64,000 nt of DNA, taken from assembly GCA_013239625.1 (NCBI GenBank), contig MU055744.1:588355-652354 (forward strand), written 5' to 3'. Under the pieces are notes generated by a model. It was not told where the DNA came from and ran no database searches. It saw only the letters and a list, made by a program, of their open reading frames with translations. Positions 1 to 13,246 of the stretch are shown here, piece after piece. Position 1 is the first letter of the stretch, and each line of letters begins with the position of its first letter. The translations under genes were made by a program, and so were the position numbers. This DNA comes from Lama guanicoe (lineage: Eukaryota).

Positions 1-710
1 TGGCCGCACGTTCCTGAGGCTGGACGTCTGTCTGGGGGGCGTTAGCCCCTTGCGACGACGCGGGGCTGGGCGGGCAGGCCCTGGCACGGCTCACGGGCCC
101 CTCCTCCCCGGCCCGAGCTGTGCTGTTCCTGTCCCACCGACACGCGGCCCTGGGGGGACCACCGCCATGTATTACTCATACCAAGAAGGTTTTAGGAGAG
201 CCTGGGCGCTCATCGACTGGGAAGCACAATTATGGTTTCATCAAAGATGGATTACACATGCGGCTGGTCATTTAAATAACGGCTCTGCTGACACTGTTAA
301 TTGGGTGATAAATGGTCGCACCCCTGTGCCCGGGTCGGCATCAGAGCTGCTCGGAGAGTCGCGGCTGGCCCGTGTCCCCCCCGAAGATCCGGAGGGCGTC
401 GGGGAAGGGCAGGCAGTGCTCAGGCTACAAACTGAGGGTCAAAGGCACCGGACTGGACCTCTCGGCCTAGCCCAGTGTCCACGGCCCTGCAGCTGCCAAG
501 AACTCAGTCGACCTTAAACGTCTCCGTGAGCAACTTAATTTCAATTTAATGAGGCAGAGACTGGGTGTAGTTCAATGTCACTTTATCATTAAAAGCAGAT
601 TGATGGAGGCTGAAGGTCTGAGACAGCCCTACCAGGTGCCTCGAGGTCTTCCTTCCAGAACCGAATGAGCGCTCCAGGCTGCGGGAGCCCAAGGCGGGCG
701 GCCACGGAGG

Positions 711-737
711 CGTCCGTCCGTCCGTCCGTCCGTCCGT
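711..737. repeat. (CGTC)n microsatellite
   Basis: cgtccgtccgtccgtccgtccgtccgt. Confidence 0.9.
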
Positions 738-3700
738 TCATTCACATGTGATCAGTGGATGAACATGGGAACGGATCAGACCCAGCCTGCACCCTCCCAG
801 GCTCCCGGTCAAGTGGCTAAGGAGGACCAGGAATGGAGAGCAGGCGCGGGAGCCCCGGCTCCTGCAGGAGACGCCCAGGCGCCCTGAGCACAGGGAGGAC
901 CAGGTCCTGCACGGGACACTGGTGGCAGCAGGAGAAGCAGGCACCACAGGAGGCAGGGCAGCCCCCGCCCTCCCCTCTCCACCCCCGCCTCCCTCCAGGG
1001 CCAGAGTCTCCGGGCAGCAGAGCCTAAGCAGGAAGCAGGCAGAGAGACAGTCCGAAGTCCTGGGGTTGCAACTCACAGGTGTGGGGAGGCCCCCAGGAGA
1101 GCGAAAGAAGGCTGGTGGGGAGGCCAGCACGCAGGGAGTCCGGGCAGGCTCCTGGGAGAAGGTGGCCTTTGGGCGGGCAAGCCAGGCGTCCAAACCCCCT
1201 GCCTGGCCCTCCCAGCCTCCCTGCCTGGCCCGGCTTTGCCTCAGGCCCGTCCCAGGCTGACACCCCGCCTGCACCCCTCTGTCCTTACCAGAGAGCAGAG
1301 CTGCGGGTGGCAGTGGCCACGCCTACACCCAGGAGAGCCGTGCTGGAGTTGGGCTACGCTCAGAATCAGGAGGATTTAGAATGTGTCAGCCGCACTGGCT
1401 CACCGAGCATCTCCACGTCCACATTTCACCCCGCGCTGGCAGCCACCAGCTCCCCTCTGACAGATGCAGAAACTCTGGGAGGCGACTGAAAGTCAGCCAT
1501 CAGCAGAGGCGCCGAGGCCTGACGTTTCACACGACGGAGCCCTCCGGGTCCTGCAGACGAGGCGGGAGTCAGAGGACTCTGTCCCGGGTCCCACGTGTGC
1601 CTTTAGTCTCTGCATCCGGACCCAGAGGGTCCTGAGATGTACTGGGAAGAGCGGGACGGGGGCCTGGCAGCGGGCCTCCCCTCAACTGCACAGCTGCTGT
1701 GTGACCTCTAGGAGATCGCCTTACCTCTCTGGGCCGCGCTGGGCAACGTCAGCGAGACACTGAGTCCCAGGGGCTCTGAGACGATCATTTCCCACTGCCT
1801 TCCCAGACTGGGTCCCAACTCACGTGCCCTCCTCATCAGACACGGTCCAGGCCCAGGAGGCCCCCAGAGGCCCGGAGTGCCCTCTGGCGTGGCTGGAGGC
1901 TTGGCTTCCCACAGCTCACCTCCACGTGGCCCTCATGTCCCTCTAGGACAGACGGCAAGCGTCTGATTTGGCACAATTATCAAGTGAAAGCCGGTGGGTG
2001 AGGGCCCGGCCCACTTTCTGCCCGCTAGGCTGGCAGGATGCCAGCTCGTTTCGCATCGCAGAATCAAACGTGGCGACGAACTGCAGGGTGACCTCGCCTC
2101 TGCGCTGGGGCAGGAGGGCGGGGCGGGCTCCGCACCGGGCAGGGCCGCTGCGCTGGAGCTGGGACGCGGCGGCGTCCCTTGTGCCCGCATGGGGGGGACC
2201 CGGGGGCGGGGGGACAAGTCGTGCCGCCGAGGCTGTGCTGGAATCGGCCCTCGCTTCCCCTTTCTCATCACCGACCTCCTGTGCAGAGCAGTTTGCTTTT
2301 TGAGAAGCACAGCTTTGAGGTCGGCTATGAGAGAATGTGCGTAACAGAGACTTGGCCCAAGTACGTCTCCTTTTTTACTTTTTAAGGAAAAGGAAGCCGA
2401 ATTTAGCCCTGTGAAAAACTGGAATACGGAGGAGGCAGCGCTAGGAAAAGCATGTGGCTCCCCGCAGCCCCTCCTGCCTCGGTCAGTCGGGCGACGGGGT
2501 CCCTGGACCGGCCGGTCGTGCTGGGGCTGCGCGTCGGGCGCCCTTGAGCGCGGGTCCGGCGGGCGGGCCGCGCGTCCTCCCGGTCCTCGTCCCACGAGCT
2601 GTCAGCGCTGCCCACGCCTGGCCGCCTCCTGCCCACGGACACGCTTTTTATAAATTGAGGGAGTTGTTCTCTTTCTCGCCGTGGTGGAGAAACCCCGGGC
2701 CGGAGAGCCGGGTGCTCGGAGGCCGGCCCAGTCCTCCAGCCCGACTCGCCGGGGTGAGCGCGGGGCTGGGTGCCCATCAGGGTCGGGGCGGGGGTCGCAG
2801 TCAGCACCGCTGAGCAGCGCTTCAGCCTGTCTCTTTAAACTGATGCCCAGCCTGGGTGGAGGGGCTCTGCTGTGTTCAGTGCCATCTCCTCCCGTCCTCG
2901 GGCAGCTCCGAGAGGGCTGTGTTGCCCCCAGTGTTCTCGTGGAGGGACCCCAGGCTCAGGACACGAGCCGCCCAGTCCCTCCACCGGCTCCGCCCCAGGA
3001 GGGGCAGTGATGGGGGCAGCATGGCGACGCTTTCCCCTCAAAGTCACCGTTCTCCCTGGGCTGGGCTCCTTCGCCGCCACCCCCTCCAGCCCCACCCAAA
3101 GCTGGGGAGCACCTGGGGGTGCATCTATCATTTTCACATCGCTGTGTCTGGCCCCCAAGCCGGCCCCTGGACCATCCCTCACAGGGCGTCTCCAGAGCCC
3201 ACAGCCTCATGTCTTGGAGGACGAAGAGATCAGGACGTGAAAGGTAGGCCTGGGGTTCTTCCCGGGCAGTGACCAGCCCAGGTCCCTGGTGACGCTGCCC
3301 GCCCTGCCCTGCACCGCCACTGTCCCTGCTCAGGGCCGTGGCAGGTGAGTGGGGCAGGCTGATCAGGCTCCAGGCCGCCACCGGGTGCTTCTGCCCGCCT
3401 CCTTCCCTCCACCTCTCAGAGCAAGGCCGTGGACCAGGCAGGCCAGCAAGGGAAACGAGTCTGGGAAAGTGGTTCTTAAACACACTGTGGCCTCAGGCCA
3501 TTAAGCACCTGACTGGCCCATCATGGGGCATCGGGACCAGCCCTGAGTGGCCTTTCCAGAAAGGCCCATTAGCAGGGGGGACGGTCCAGGGATGGGCGGA
3601 CAGTCTCCATCCAGCTCCATTAACAGCGTTTTAGCCGTTCCCAGTCCACATGGACTCACTGGCTCTTGAGCCAATTTCCGATCCCCCTAAGGACTGCAGG

Positions 3701-4260
3701 AAAACAAGCCGCATGCCAGGAGTCAGCGGGGGTCGGGGAGGAGCTGGCGGCACGGACAGGGCCCGGCTCTCCAGGCGGCTCCTGGGAGCCAGTGCTCGGA
3801 GCTGCCATGCCACAGAGTCTCCTGCTCGTGTGGCATCGCTGGATCAGCCCACTCGCTTTTAGATACTTTGTTGCCCCAGTTTTAAAGGTCATGCGTATTA
3901 GTCATAGAAGCTTACAGAACAGAGGGGCGCCTTCATACCTGCGTTTCTCTGCTTGTCCCGTGAGGATGTGTTGAGGGCTCTCGCTGGCTCAGACGTGAGA
4001 AGCCATAGCTACGATGATTCCCCGAGACCCATGTTCAGACTGAGGGCCTCGGAAGGTGCCGGCTGGAGAGCTGGGGAGACCCTGGTGCCACAGACCTGTC
4101 CCGAGAGGCCCTGCAAGACTGTGGCTGGGTTTTACACCCAGCTGGTCAGTTGACTCCCTGAGTCCAGCCAGGGGGTTCTCAGAATTCTGCTCTGTGTGGA
4201 CACAGAGACGAGAGAGGGCACGGCAGAGTCAGAGTCTTGGCCCTTCACTTTGCAAAGATG

Positions 4261-4580
4261 GTGTTAGTCACCTACTGCTGTGTAACAAGTTACCCCAAAA
4301 TGTGGAGGCTCTAACGACAGACATCCCCCATCTCGCAGTTTCTGTGGGACACGAATTCAACAGCAGCTTAAAGGAAGGCTTCTGCCTCCTGTCTCTCCCG
4401 AGGCTGCAGTCAAGGTGGCAGCCGGGCTGCACCATGCGAAGGCCTGGCCAGGGCTGGGAAGCCGCTTCCAAGATGGCGCACCACGTGGCGGGGGCCTCTC
4501 AGTAGGGCTGTTCAGCTGAACTCAGCCCAGGGCAGGTGGCCTCCCAAGCATGAACGGTCCAAGAGAGGAATCAAGGAGGA
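4261..4580 (-). mobile_element. Old MaLR LTR (MLT1 family)
   Basis: tgctgtgtaacaagttaccccaaaa...ctcgcagtttctgtggg...gctgcagtcaaggtggcagccgggct...gcttccaagatggc. Confidence 0.65.
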
Positions 4581-4596
4581 GATGCAAAAAAAGAAC

Positions 4597-5160
4597 CAGT
4601 GCAGCATGATTTACAGCAGCCGAGGCGTGGGGGCGCCTACATGTCCGCCGACAGACGGCTGGGTAAAGAAGGTCTGGTTATATACACACAACGGGATACT
4701 CCTCAGCCATAAAAGTCAGCAAAATAATGCCATTTGCCACAACGTGGATGGACCGAGAGATTGTCACATAAGTGAGGTAAGCCAGGCAGAGAAAGGCAAG
4801 TATCACTTACATGTGGAATCTAAAATATGACACAACTGAATCTATGTACAAAACAGAAACCCGCTCACAGACATGGAAAATAAGCTCCCGGTTGCCACCG
4901 GGGAGAAGGGGTGGGGAGGGATGAATCAGTAGCTTGGGATTTGCAGACACAAACTATTGTATATAAGACAGATAAACAGCACGGTCCTGCTGCAGAGCAC
5001 AGGGAGCCACACTGAAAGTCCTACAATAAACCACAAGGGAAAAATATGAAAAATAACATATGTGTAGTATGTATCTGCACGTGGAACTGGATCACTTTGC
5101 TGTGCACTAGAAATCAACACAACGTGTAAATAAACGGACTTCAATAATATATATATATTT
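4597..5160 (+). mobile_element. LINE-1 3' end (ORF2 tail and 3'UTR)
   Basis: tactcctcagccataaaa, aataatgccatttgc, agtgaggtaagccaggcagagaaaggcaagtatca, atgtggaatctaaaa, gaatcagtagcttgggatttgcagacac; AT-rich tail. Confidence 0.9.
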
Positions 5161-6397
5161 TTCTTTTAAAAAGGAGGAGGCTGCAACTCCATTTCCAGCC
5201 ACGTCTCAGGAGTCCTCTCCGTCACATCATCCACGTTCAGCTCCTTAGACCACTGGTCCCCAAGGCCAGCCTGCATCGAGGGGACGGAGATGAGCTCCAT
5301 CTCTCGAAGGGACAGTTGCCAAAGGAAATGTAGATGCACGTATGTTTTTGTGAAGCTCCTCCTGTATCTCTGCATGCTACTTATGCCTGTGGGTGTAAAC
5401 ACCTACACTTTTAGGGCTTGGGTTGTGTCTCCCACAGGGTGGGGTCCTGGAGACTGAGGAGTAAATGGATGTCGGATGAGCGTCTGATGCCGCCACTAGA
5501 TGCTTGGTTCACTGGACGCTCCAGTTGGGGTTAACGTCAAATTAGTCTAGACAGACTTCACGTGACTGTCACGTCAGGGGTGGCTGGTCCTCTACCCGTG
5601 CGCTCCTCCTCCAGGGCACATGCAACCACCTCCCCGGCATCCTTGGGTCGGGTGTGACGGCGTGCAGGAGTCTGGCCAGCCGGACTCGGGGCGGGGGTGA
5701 GGCGATGCGTTCCACTTCCAGGTCAGCCATAAGCCCACGGGCGGCCCCCGCCCTCTCTTGCTGGCTGTACCAAGGAGGGTGGAGCCCTGAGGCCGGAGGC
5801 CTGGGTCCCTGAGAGGCTGCGTGGATTTTGTGTTGGGAGAAGCCCCCAGAATTTGGGGGTTGTCCCCCATCACACCCTTGTGCCTTCGTCCGACAATCTC
5901 CTGAGATGCCCTTCGAGGGGCTGGGTGCTGGGTCCAAGAGCACATGCTGTAGATCATCCTCCACGTGCAGCATGTGTCCTCCCCCGAGGCTCTGGGGCAG
6001 CAAGGGCGGCTGCCAGCTCTGCTCCCCGGGGCTCGGCACCCACCTTGCTCTCAGGTCTTGGAGCTGCCCCCTTTGTCCTGGTGCCTGTGAACTGCCCGAG
6101 GGGCAGACTGGTCCTGCTAGCAGCTGCCCAGGGATGCAATCCTGAATTAACGAACATTCAAAGAGCTCGCTACAGGCCAGTCCCGAAGGGGTGGCGCCCC
6201 AGGGCTGCATGGCCGACGGGGCGGGCTGGCTCCGACCCTGCTGTGGCGCAGCCGTCCTCCGCTCTCACGTCCACCAGAGGCGGGGCACCTGCGGGCCACG
6301 GCTGCCCGTCCAGCGCCACACGCAAGAGGCGTGGGTGACGTTTATCACGTGAGTGAGAGGACTGGGGGGCCTAGGAAAGGCAGGGTGAGGGGAGCAG

Positions 6398-6740
6398 TGG
6401 GGCTGAGCCGTGTCCCCCTAAACTTCATGGGCTGCAGCCCCGACCCCCAGGACCTCAGGAAGTGCCTGCGTCAGGAGGCAGGGTCTTTACAGAGGTCATC
6501 GACTTAAAGGCCATTAGCGTGGGGCCTGATCCGGCCTGACTGCTGTCGTCTACAAAGGGGGAGACGTGGACACAGACGGGCCCAGAGGGGCGAGCACGCG
6601 AGGACACAGGGAGAAGGCGGCCGTCTGCAAGCCCAGGAGACAGGCCGCCGTCACCTGGGTCCTGGACATCCAGCCTCCAGGATGCGAGGCCCCAAAAGCC
6701 TGTTGTTTGAGCCGCCCGGTCTGTTACAACAACCGAGCCA
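6398..6740 (+). mobile_element. MaLR LTR (MLT1A-like)
   Basis: Hallmark tracts gggtctttacagagg, gaggacacagggagaaggcggccgtctgcaagcc, ggacatccagcctccagga and tgttgtttgagccgcccggtctg. Confidence 0.8.
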
Positions 6741-6780
6741 CCCAGCCCCGAGCGCTCTGCAGCGCGTGCTGGTGGTGGCC

Positions 6781-7228
6781 TGGAGACAGGCGGGAGGGGC
6801 AGGGCACAGCCACTCAGGGAGTGACACAGCAACGGGAGCGGCGACTCCCTGTGACCCTGAGCTGCACGATGCGCTCACTGCACTACGTCAGCGTGGGACA
6901 GGCCCCCACGGGCGCCAGGACGGCCCGGGCCGACCAGGAGAGGCCAGGACATGGGCGGCGGCAGCCTGACTCCTGGGGATCCCCGCCCCCGCATCTGTCA
7001 GCCTACAACGGTCCTCAGCCCATAAACGCCAGCCCCCGCTCTGCACGGACCCCTCTCTGGTCTCTGGGAGGCTGCGCTTTGTCTGTGGAGCGTGTGTCTC
7101 TGAGTAAATCCACCCCCACTGGACTGCGGCTGGCTCCCGGACGCCTTCCTGCGGGAAGCCAAGGACCCTCACGTGGCGGGGCCGGGCCCTGGGACACGCC
7201 GCGCCCTCCCCCACGTTGTCCTGTCTCA
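6781..7228 (+). mobile_element. ERV1-class solo LTR, copy A
   Basis: Starts tggagacaggcgggaggggcagggcacagcc and ends CA. Has a TATA-like cccataaa and a degenerate poly(A) signal gagtaaa; homologous to 49672-50132 and 8995-9497. Confidence 0.75.
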
Positions 7229-7632
7229 GACTGGCTGACGTGGGTCTGAGGCCTCAAAGACGGCTGTGGCCGGTGCCTCGGAGGGTCCCAGGAGGTGCCT
7301 GTCCCAAGGCCCCGTGAAGCCACCGCGTGGCCGAGCCCCCGCCCAGCATCACCCGCATGCCGCCCCCTGGCCGCCGCCGCGGTGCAGCTGCTGCCGTGTG
7401 CTCGTTACCTGCTCTCGTTCTCACTCGCAGTCGTTTTATTTCTGTTCCTCTGGTGCGTCAGCAGATTCCACTTCAACAGCGAGGGCGGAGGCCCTGGGCG
7501 GCCAACTCTTCCCCATTTGGAACAGGTCTCTTCAGCATCGCAGCCGCTCACGGGAAGTTCTTCACTTTATTTCTGGCACCTTGGGGAGCAGTTACGCCCC
7601 AGGATGAGCTGTTGGGAAGAGGCGCCCGCAGA

Positions 7633-7674
7633 TGTGAGTGTGTGTGTGTGTGTGTGTGTGTGAGTGTGTGTGTG
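7633..7674. repeat. (TG)n microsatellite
   Basis: Directly visible. Confidence 0.95.
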
Positions 7675-8053
7675 GACACCGTGGGTGTGAGTCTGCAGCA
7701 CACTTCGTGCGGGTAGCCAGCATCCCCCGGTTCGTGGGGCCTGTTCACGGTCATGGTCACCATCACATGTCGGAGTCAGAGGGACCGTGAGCTGAGTCCG
7801 AGCTGAGCCACGTCTGCGGGGTGGAGGCAGAGTGGTAACTTCTCCGGGTCCCGGTCTCCCGCTCTGTGCCTGGGAACCTGACGACCACGTGATGGGCAGG
7901 GGGCCCGGCCGAGGTGGAGGCAAAACAGCTACACGCGACCTGTCCTGCGTCAGAGCAGACAGCTGGGTGTGACGGAGAAGGGAGGACGCGGGCCAAGCGG
8001 CAGGAATGGGCAGAAAGGAGGGGCCCCGGCCACACACAGGAAACCACACGTCA

Positions 8054-8581
8054 TGTGAGCACCGGGGGCCCTGGGCAGAGAAGGGAAAGCAGGAACCCCT
8101 GGGCTGGTAACTGGCTGGTAACCCCATAGCTTTGGGGTGAAGACTGGCCGGAGCCAACAAAGGAAGGCGAGAAAAGGCAGGAATCTCCAGGGTCCGAATG
8201 TGACCTTTTGCTCATTACACCCTCATCTCAATAAAACCAGCCTTGCAGCTCGCAGGCACCCGGCACGCACCGACGCCACGGCACTTCCGACCCAGACTGA
8301 ATGAGGACAGAAATCCCTCCTCCCTTTGGGAAGAGGGTGTTGGGAAGAAAGTCAGGGAACCGACCCCAAGCCATTCCCTCCCCAGTGAATATTCCGCCCA
8401 TTCATTTTACACCCTGTGTACCAACTTGCCAAAGAAGCTCAGGGCAGCCGCTCCCCCGAGAGTGTGCCGTCCATCCCTTAATAATCCTTTTACTTTCTTA
8501 ACCGCCGAGCCTTGCCTCTGAATTCCTTCTGGGGCGGGACAAGGACCCAGACACCGGCCACCGCTGTCACTGTCGGCAACA
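8054..8581 (+). mobile_element. ERV-type solo LTR (different family)
   Basis: TG...CA termini and an LTR-like 3' part (cttaataatccttttactttctt...ctgaattccttctg...caaggaccc). Confidence 0.55.
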
Positions 8582-8994
8582 CCAGGTGCTTGCAGCCCGG
8601 CTGGGGACGGCCTTATTGCCCAGGAACCATGACCCCGCCGGGCAGAGGGAGCTGAGAGAGCCGGGGCCGGGGGCGGGGGGAGTGGTGGGGCTGGGGGTCT
8701 GTGGGCGGGGCGGTAGCGGAAGTGAGGGCGCCCCCTCGGGATACTGCAGCCAGCGTCCTCTAGACTGGGTTCCAGACATCGTGACTTCGGGCTTTTTAAA
8801 AGCCACAGAAGTCCCATGGAAGGAACTCACTCTGTGTCTTAGTAAGCGCTCACGACTATTAGCACCTCATGGGAGTCTCAGGCAGAGAACCAGCAGCCCC
8901 AGGCCCTCGTCCCGGCTCGGCCACCAGCCCCTGCGCGACCCACTCACGCTGCTCTTGGCCTCAGCTACCCTCTTTGGGAACCAGGAGGCTGGGG

Positions 8995-9497
8995 TGAGGC
9001 AGGAGGGAGGGGGCAGGGCGCAGCCATTAAAGGAATGACAGCCATCGGCCCGAAGGGGGTGGAAGGTTCCACGCCCAGTACCCTTGCGCTCCGGCACAGG
9101 CTTGCTGAAACACAGCAGCTGCTAACGGGTCCCCTCCGGGGCCAGGGCCACGCCGGGCTGACTGGAAACGGCGCAGGGGCAGGGGCGGCCCCGTCCCTGG
9201 GACTCCCCACTCCTCCCCATAGCAGCTTCGATAACCCCCACTTGTCAGCATCTGAAGCTACCAAGCCCATAAATCCAGTCTCCCCGCGCCTCCCGGCGGC
9301 GCCCCGGCTGAGTGAGCCGGCCTGCACCCCGTGTACGGAGCGTGCATCTCTGAGTGAGCCCCCTTCCACTCAGCTGTGGCTCACTGATGAGCTGCTTCCC
9401 GTGGGAGTCCAGGGGCACTCACGTGGCGGGTGTGTCCCGGGGACGCAGCGGGACCTGGGACACGGCCTTCCTCTCGCCCCACGTTCTTTTTCCTGTA
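8995..9497 (+). mobile_element. ERV1-class solo LTR of the same family, more diverged copy C
   Basis: tgaggcaggagggagggggcagggcgcagccattaaaggaatgaca...cccataaa...ggagcgtgcatctctgagtga...cactcacgtggcggg...gggacacggcc is collinear with copies A and B. Confidence 0.65.
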
Positions 9498-12400
9498 GGG
9501 GAAGTTGGTCCCCAGGGCAGGCCAGCTGCAAAGTTCTAAGATTTGGTGACACAGGGCAGGGCAGCTCACCCCTGGGGTTCTGGGGGGCCGCCCAGCGTCG
9601 GGGCTGCTGGCCCAGGATCTCTCCCTTCCCTGGAGTCGGGCGGGCATGCCGCCGGCCCTGTCTCCCAGCTCGCCTGTCCTGTGGACCAGGGAGGTCTTTG
9701 CAATGCTCTGCGCCCCTTCCAGACAGCTCGTCACTGTGCTGGCCGTGTGCTCGCCCCAGAAAAGCCACCAACTCTGCGGCTCCAGGCCCTGGCGGGTTCG
9801 GGAGCAGAGACCTGGGCCCTCCTCCTGGCCGAGCCTCCCCGCCGTCCTTTCATTCAAGCAGCTTTGACAGAAGCCGTTACTGTTTCCGAAAATCAGACAG
9901 GCTGCGTCCCCTTGCCTCTCGGGACTCAGGTCAGGGTGTCCTTGTCTGCTTGGCGTGGCTCTGCAGAGAGGGCCTAATTACTAATTAGAACCCTGGCTTC
10001 CTGGGCTGCACACGCCTCTGACAGCTGCTCGGGCCTTAATCACGCCTCTTCCCGCACAGCACATCCCTGGGGGGGAGCGTGTTGGTTCTCAATTGGCTCT
10101 GCGCAGGCAGAGCAGCCCCTCTCCTCGGGCTCTCAGAGCCCCTGTAAGACCCCTGGGGCGTTGCTTGCTCTCCCTGGGGCCGCGCCCAGAAGCGGAGTGC
10201 CCGGGGGCCAGGGCCTCTTGCCTGCGCTTTGCCTCTCACGTCTCCCCAACGAAGCGACTTTGGCTGGAGAGTCTGGTGCGGGCCTGGCCGGAGGCTGGGG
10301 ACACATCCCATCTGAGGGTCCTGCAGTCCTCACCCAGGTGCCCCACTGGCGTCCTTAGGCCGTCTGCCTCAGATGCACCCTCCCTGGTCCCCAGGCCCCG
10401 CCCCGCCCCCCTCGTGGACGAACATCTCGGAGGATCTAGAAAACGGGGCTTCGCAGGCTCTCGTGTGAGCAGGGAGGTCGGCATGGTCACTCCCGGGTTG
10501 GAGGGGCGAAAGGGCTGGCCAGCCCCGCCCCCGCCGTCCCTACCACGTGGATGGTTCCAGGTGGCCGGCCTGCTCCCCCTCCCCACATTCCCCTCTGGCT
10601 GCCAGAATGCAGAAATGCAAGTCTGGGGCTGCTCAGCCCACGCTTGACGCCCCACCCTGGCCCTGCCTTGGAAAGCACCCCCCGATGCCCATCAGAGAGG
10701 CCCTTCTGGCCCACGAGGCTTCCTGCGGACTTCGCCGCCTGCGGAGTGGACGTCTGCCCTAAGTGTTTGCGTGCCTCTACCTCCGCGTGGACTTGGCCCC
10801 ATCACGCAGTCACTCTGCCTGTCTTGTTCATGGTCGGCTTTCGAGGAGTCAGCCCCAGATCCATATTTGCTCAAGGAAAGGTTGAAAGATGGAAGGAACG
10901 GCTGGATGGATCCCCGTCAACCCTGCGGAAGTCAGAGGGGGCGGTGGGAGCGGCCCTGGGGCCAGGACAAGCGGCCACAGCCTTCACCTGGAGCCGGAGC
11001 TGCCCCCCAGAGGGACACTTCCCGAGGTGACCCCGGCACCAGAGGAGCTGGGAGGCTGTGGGTCAGACCCCTCTGCTGACCCAGCTCCAGAGCCTTCCGC
11101 AGCCTGGGGCCGGGGCTTCCTCCATCCGGAAGGCCGCAGGGCAGCAACAAGGCTCTAGAAATTCGATCACGCGGCTCCCAGGCACCTGCCTGCTCGGGTC
11201 AAAGCACCGCAGCCGCAGTGGGGGATGACCGTCCCCACACACGGGCAGTGTCCCGGTGCCGACACCTGGGGGCGAGGAAGTGGGTCAGGCGTCAGCGAGG
11301 AGCAGCCGCCTGAGGTGCGTGCTGAGGGCAGAGGTGTGCGCGCGGGCTGGGGCGAGCACCCTCTCGGGACACGTGCAGTGCGGATGGGGAGGGGCAAGGT
11401 CGCGAATTTGCGGCTAACCTAGATAGGCCGCCCTCCCGCCCCCAGCTCCCACTTCTCTGCTTCTAACCGAGGCGGGTAACTGTCTCAGTGGGGGGATGGG
11501 GGAGCCCCTAGGGCGGTCCTCTCCTCTCTGTGTTCACGGTCTTGTGTCACGCCCTCCCTTTGCATGCGGGCCGCACTACCGACTCGCTTCTGACCAGTGG
11601 GTGGGATCTGGCAAAAGTGATGTGTGCTCGCTCCCAAGGTTCTGCTGACAAAAGGACAGAGGCTTCTGCCTTCCTGCCCCCGCGCTGCTGTGGGGCCCTC
11701 GCTGCTCCGCCGTGGGGAGCTGCCCCGCTGGAGGCTCGTGTGGCAAGGGCCCGACCACCCAAGCTGACAGCCATGCGGGTGAGCGTGGGGAACCACCCCC
11801 ACCAACCCCGTCCGGCCTGCAGGCCAGACATGGCACCCGCTGGACCCGCGGGCAGCGCTGTGGGACCTTGGGCGGGGGCCCCCGGCAAGCCACGCCCAGA
11901 TTCCTGTCCTCAGGGGGACGGGGGACGCCTCTGAGTTTCGGGGTGAGGAGTTACGCAGCACTAGTGACTAATACACCTGGGGCACACCAAGTCACAGGAC
12001 ACACACGGGGCGTGACTCAGCGGGAGCGGGAGCGAGCAGCACCCGGAGGTGGGGAAGGGCCCCCGAGCCCGCTTTGGGAAGATGCTTAGTGTGCCTTCAG
12101 CTTCGTGAGGGAGGCAGCGTCGTGTTAGGGGTGCGCATGGACTCTGGGTCTGTTTAAATGCGCTTCCTGCGACGCCAGGTCGGCGGGGTGGACTGGGCTG
12201 GGCTTCTGCTGCTCAGCCGCCTGCGCCGCGCTGCTGCCGGGTTCCCGGCCCCGCACAGCCCCGGGCTGGCCTGACCCCGGGGTGGTCCCGCCCGGGTCCC
12301 AGGGCTTTTGCCGAAGGCCGCGGCCACCAGGAGGCGCTCGCTCCCTCGTGTCTGCGGGTGCACCTTGCGGGCCTGGGCGGTGGCGTCAGCACCTGCCCGC

Positions 12401-12648
12401 TCTTCCGTAGGCCCCGACCCAGGGGCCAGGGGTGTGCTCCAGTCCCGGCGAAGGGCCCCAGCCGCTCCCGCAGGACTCTTGGCGTTGAAGCCAGAAGCAG
12501 TAGCCTGGCCACCCTGGAGGTTCCACTCACCCCAGCAGGATGGCCCTGCTCCCCGACTTCGCATTCCACATCCATCTCCCCTCCCCGACAGGCTGCCCCC
12601 TGACTCGGGCGCCACTGGCGGACACAGAAACGAGAGCCTCCCGCAGAA

Positions 12649-13020
12649 TGAGGCCAGCCCGGCTTTCCACTGAAAGAATCACGCAAGGACACCCCATGAA
12701 ATTCATAGAAATTGGCTCTGCCCTTTAGAACACACGAACTAAAGGCCTCCCACAATTGCGTCGGGGCAAATTCCTATAATAAATCCTTTAAATACATCTC
12801 CGATGGCTCTGCCTTTCTGATCAAAGCCTCATACAGACCTCGCCCCTGTAGCAGTGAAGCCCTAGGCCCCCGGGCCCACAGGAAAAGAAAGGAGCTCTCT
12901 GTGGTGTTCAGCCGTCCCCGGATAATGGGACAATGTCTGAGGCCAGCCAGGCTTTGCGCTGAAAGGCTCGCACAAGGACACCACGTGAAATTCGTAGAAA
13001 TTGGCTCTGCCCTTTAGAAC
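12649..13020 (+). repeat. ERVL-type LTR piece with an 83-bp direct duplication
   Basis: 12649-12731 is repeated at 12938-13020. The sequence between them includes the ERVL-like 3' LTR end aaattcctataataaatcc...ggctctgcctttctgatcaaagcctcataca. Confidence 0.7.
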
Positions 13021-13106
13021 GTGCAGATTAAGCCCCCTGTACCAGGGGAGAGGAAGAGGCTCTGCGGTCCTCAGCTCATCAAAGCAAGACCGCGCGGGCT
13101 GGGCTT

Positions 13107-13246
13107 GTGTACACATGCGTGTAGGCACACACACAAGCTCGTACACACACACGCTGGCACACGCATGCTCGCACACACGCACACACACAGACACACCGCC
13201 AGACAGAAGTGCACACGTGCAGGGACACAGACACACAGAAAGATAC
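13107..13246. repeat. Degenerate (CA)n tract
   Basis: Directly visible. Confidence 0.85.

Noticed and set aside
2800-2821. REST/RE1 site (TCAGCACCGCTGAGCAGCGC)
   Set aside because: The left half matches, but the right half lacks GGACAG and the spacing is non-canonical.
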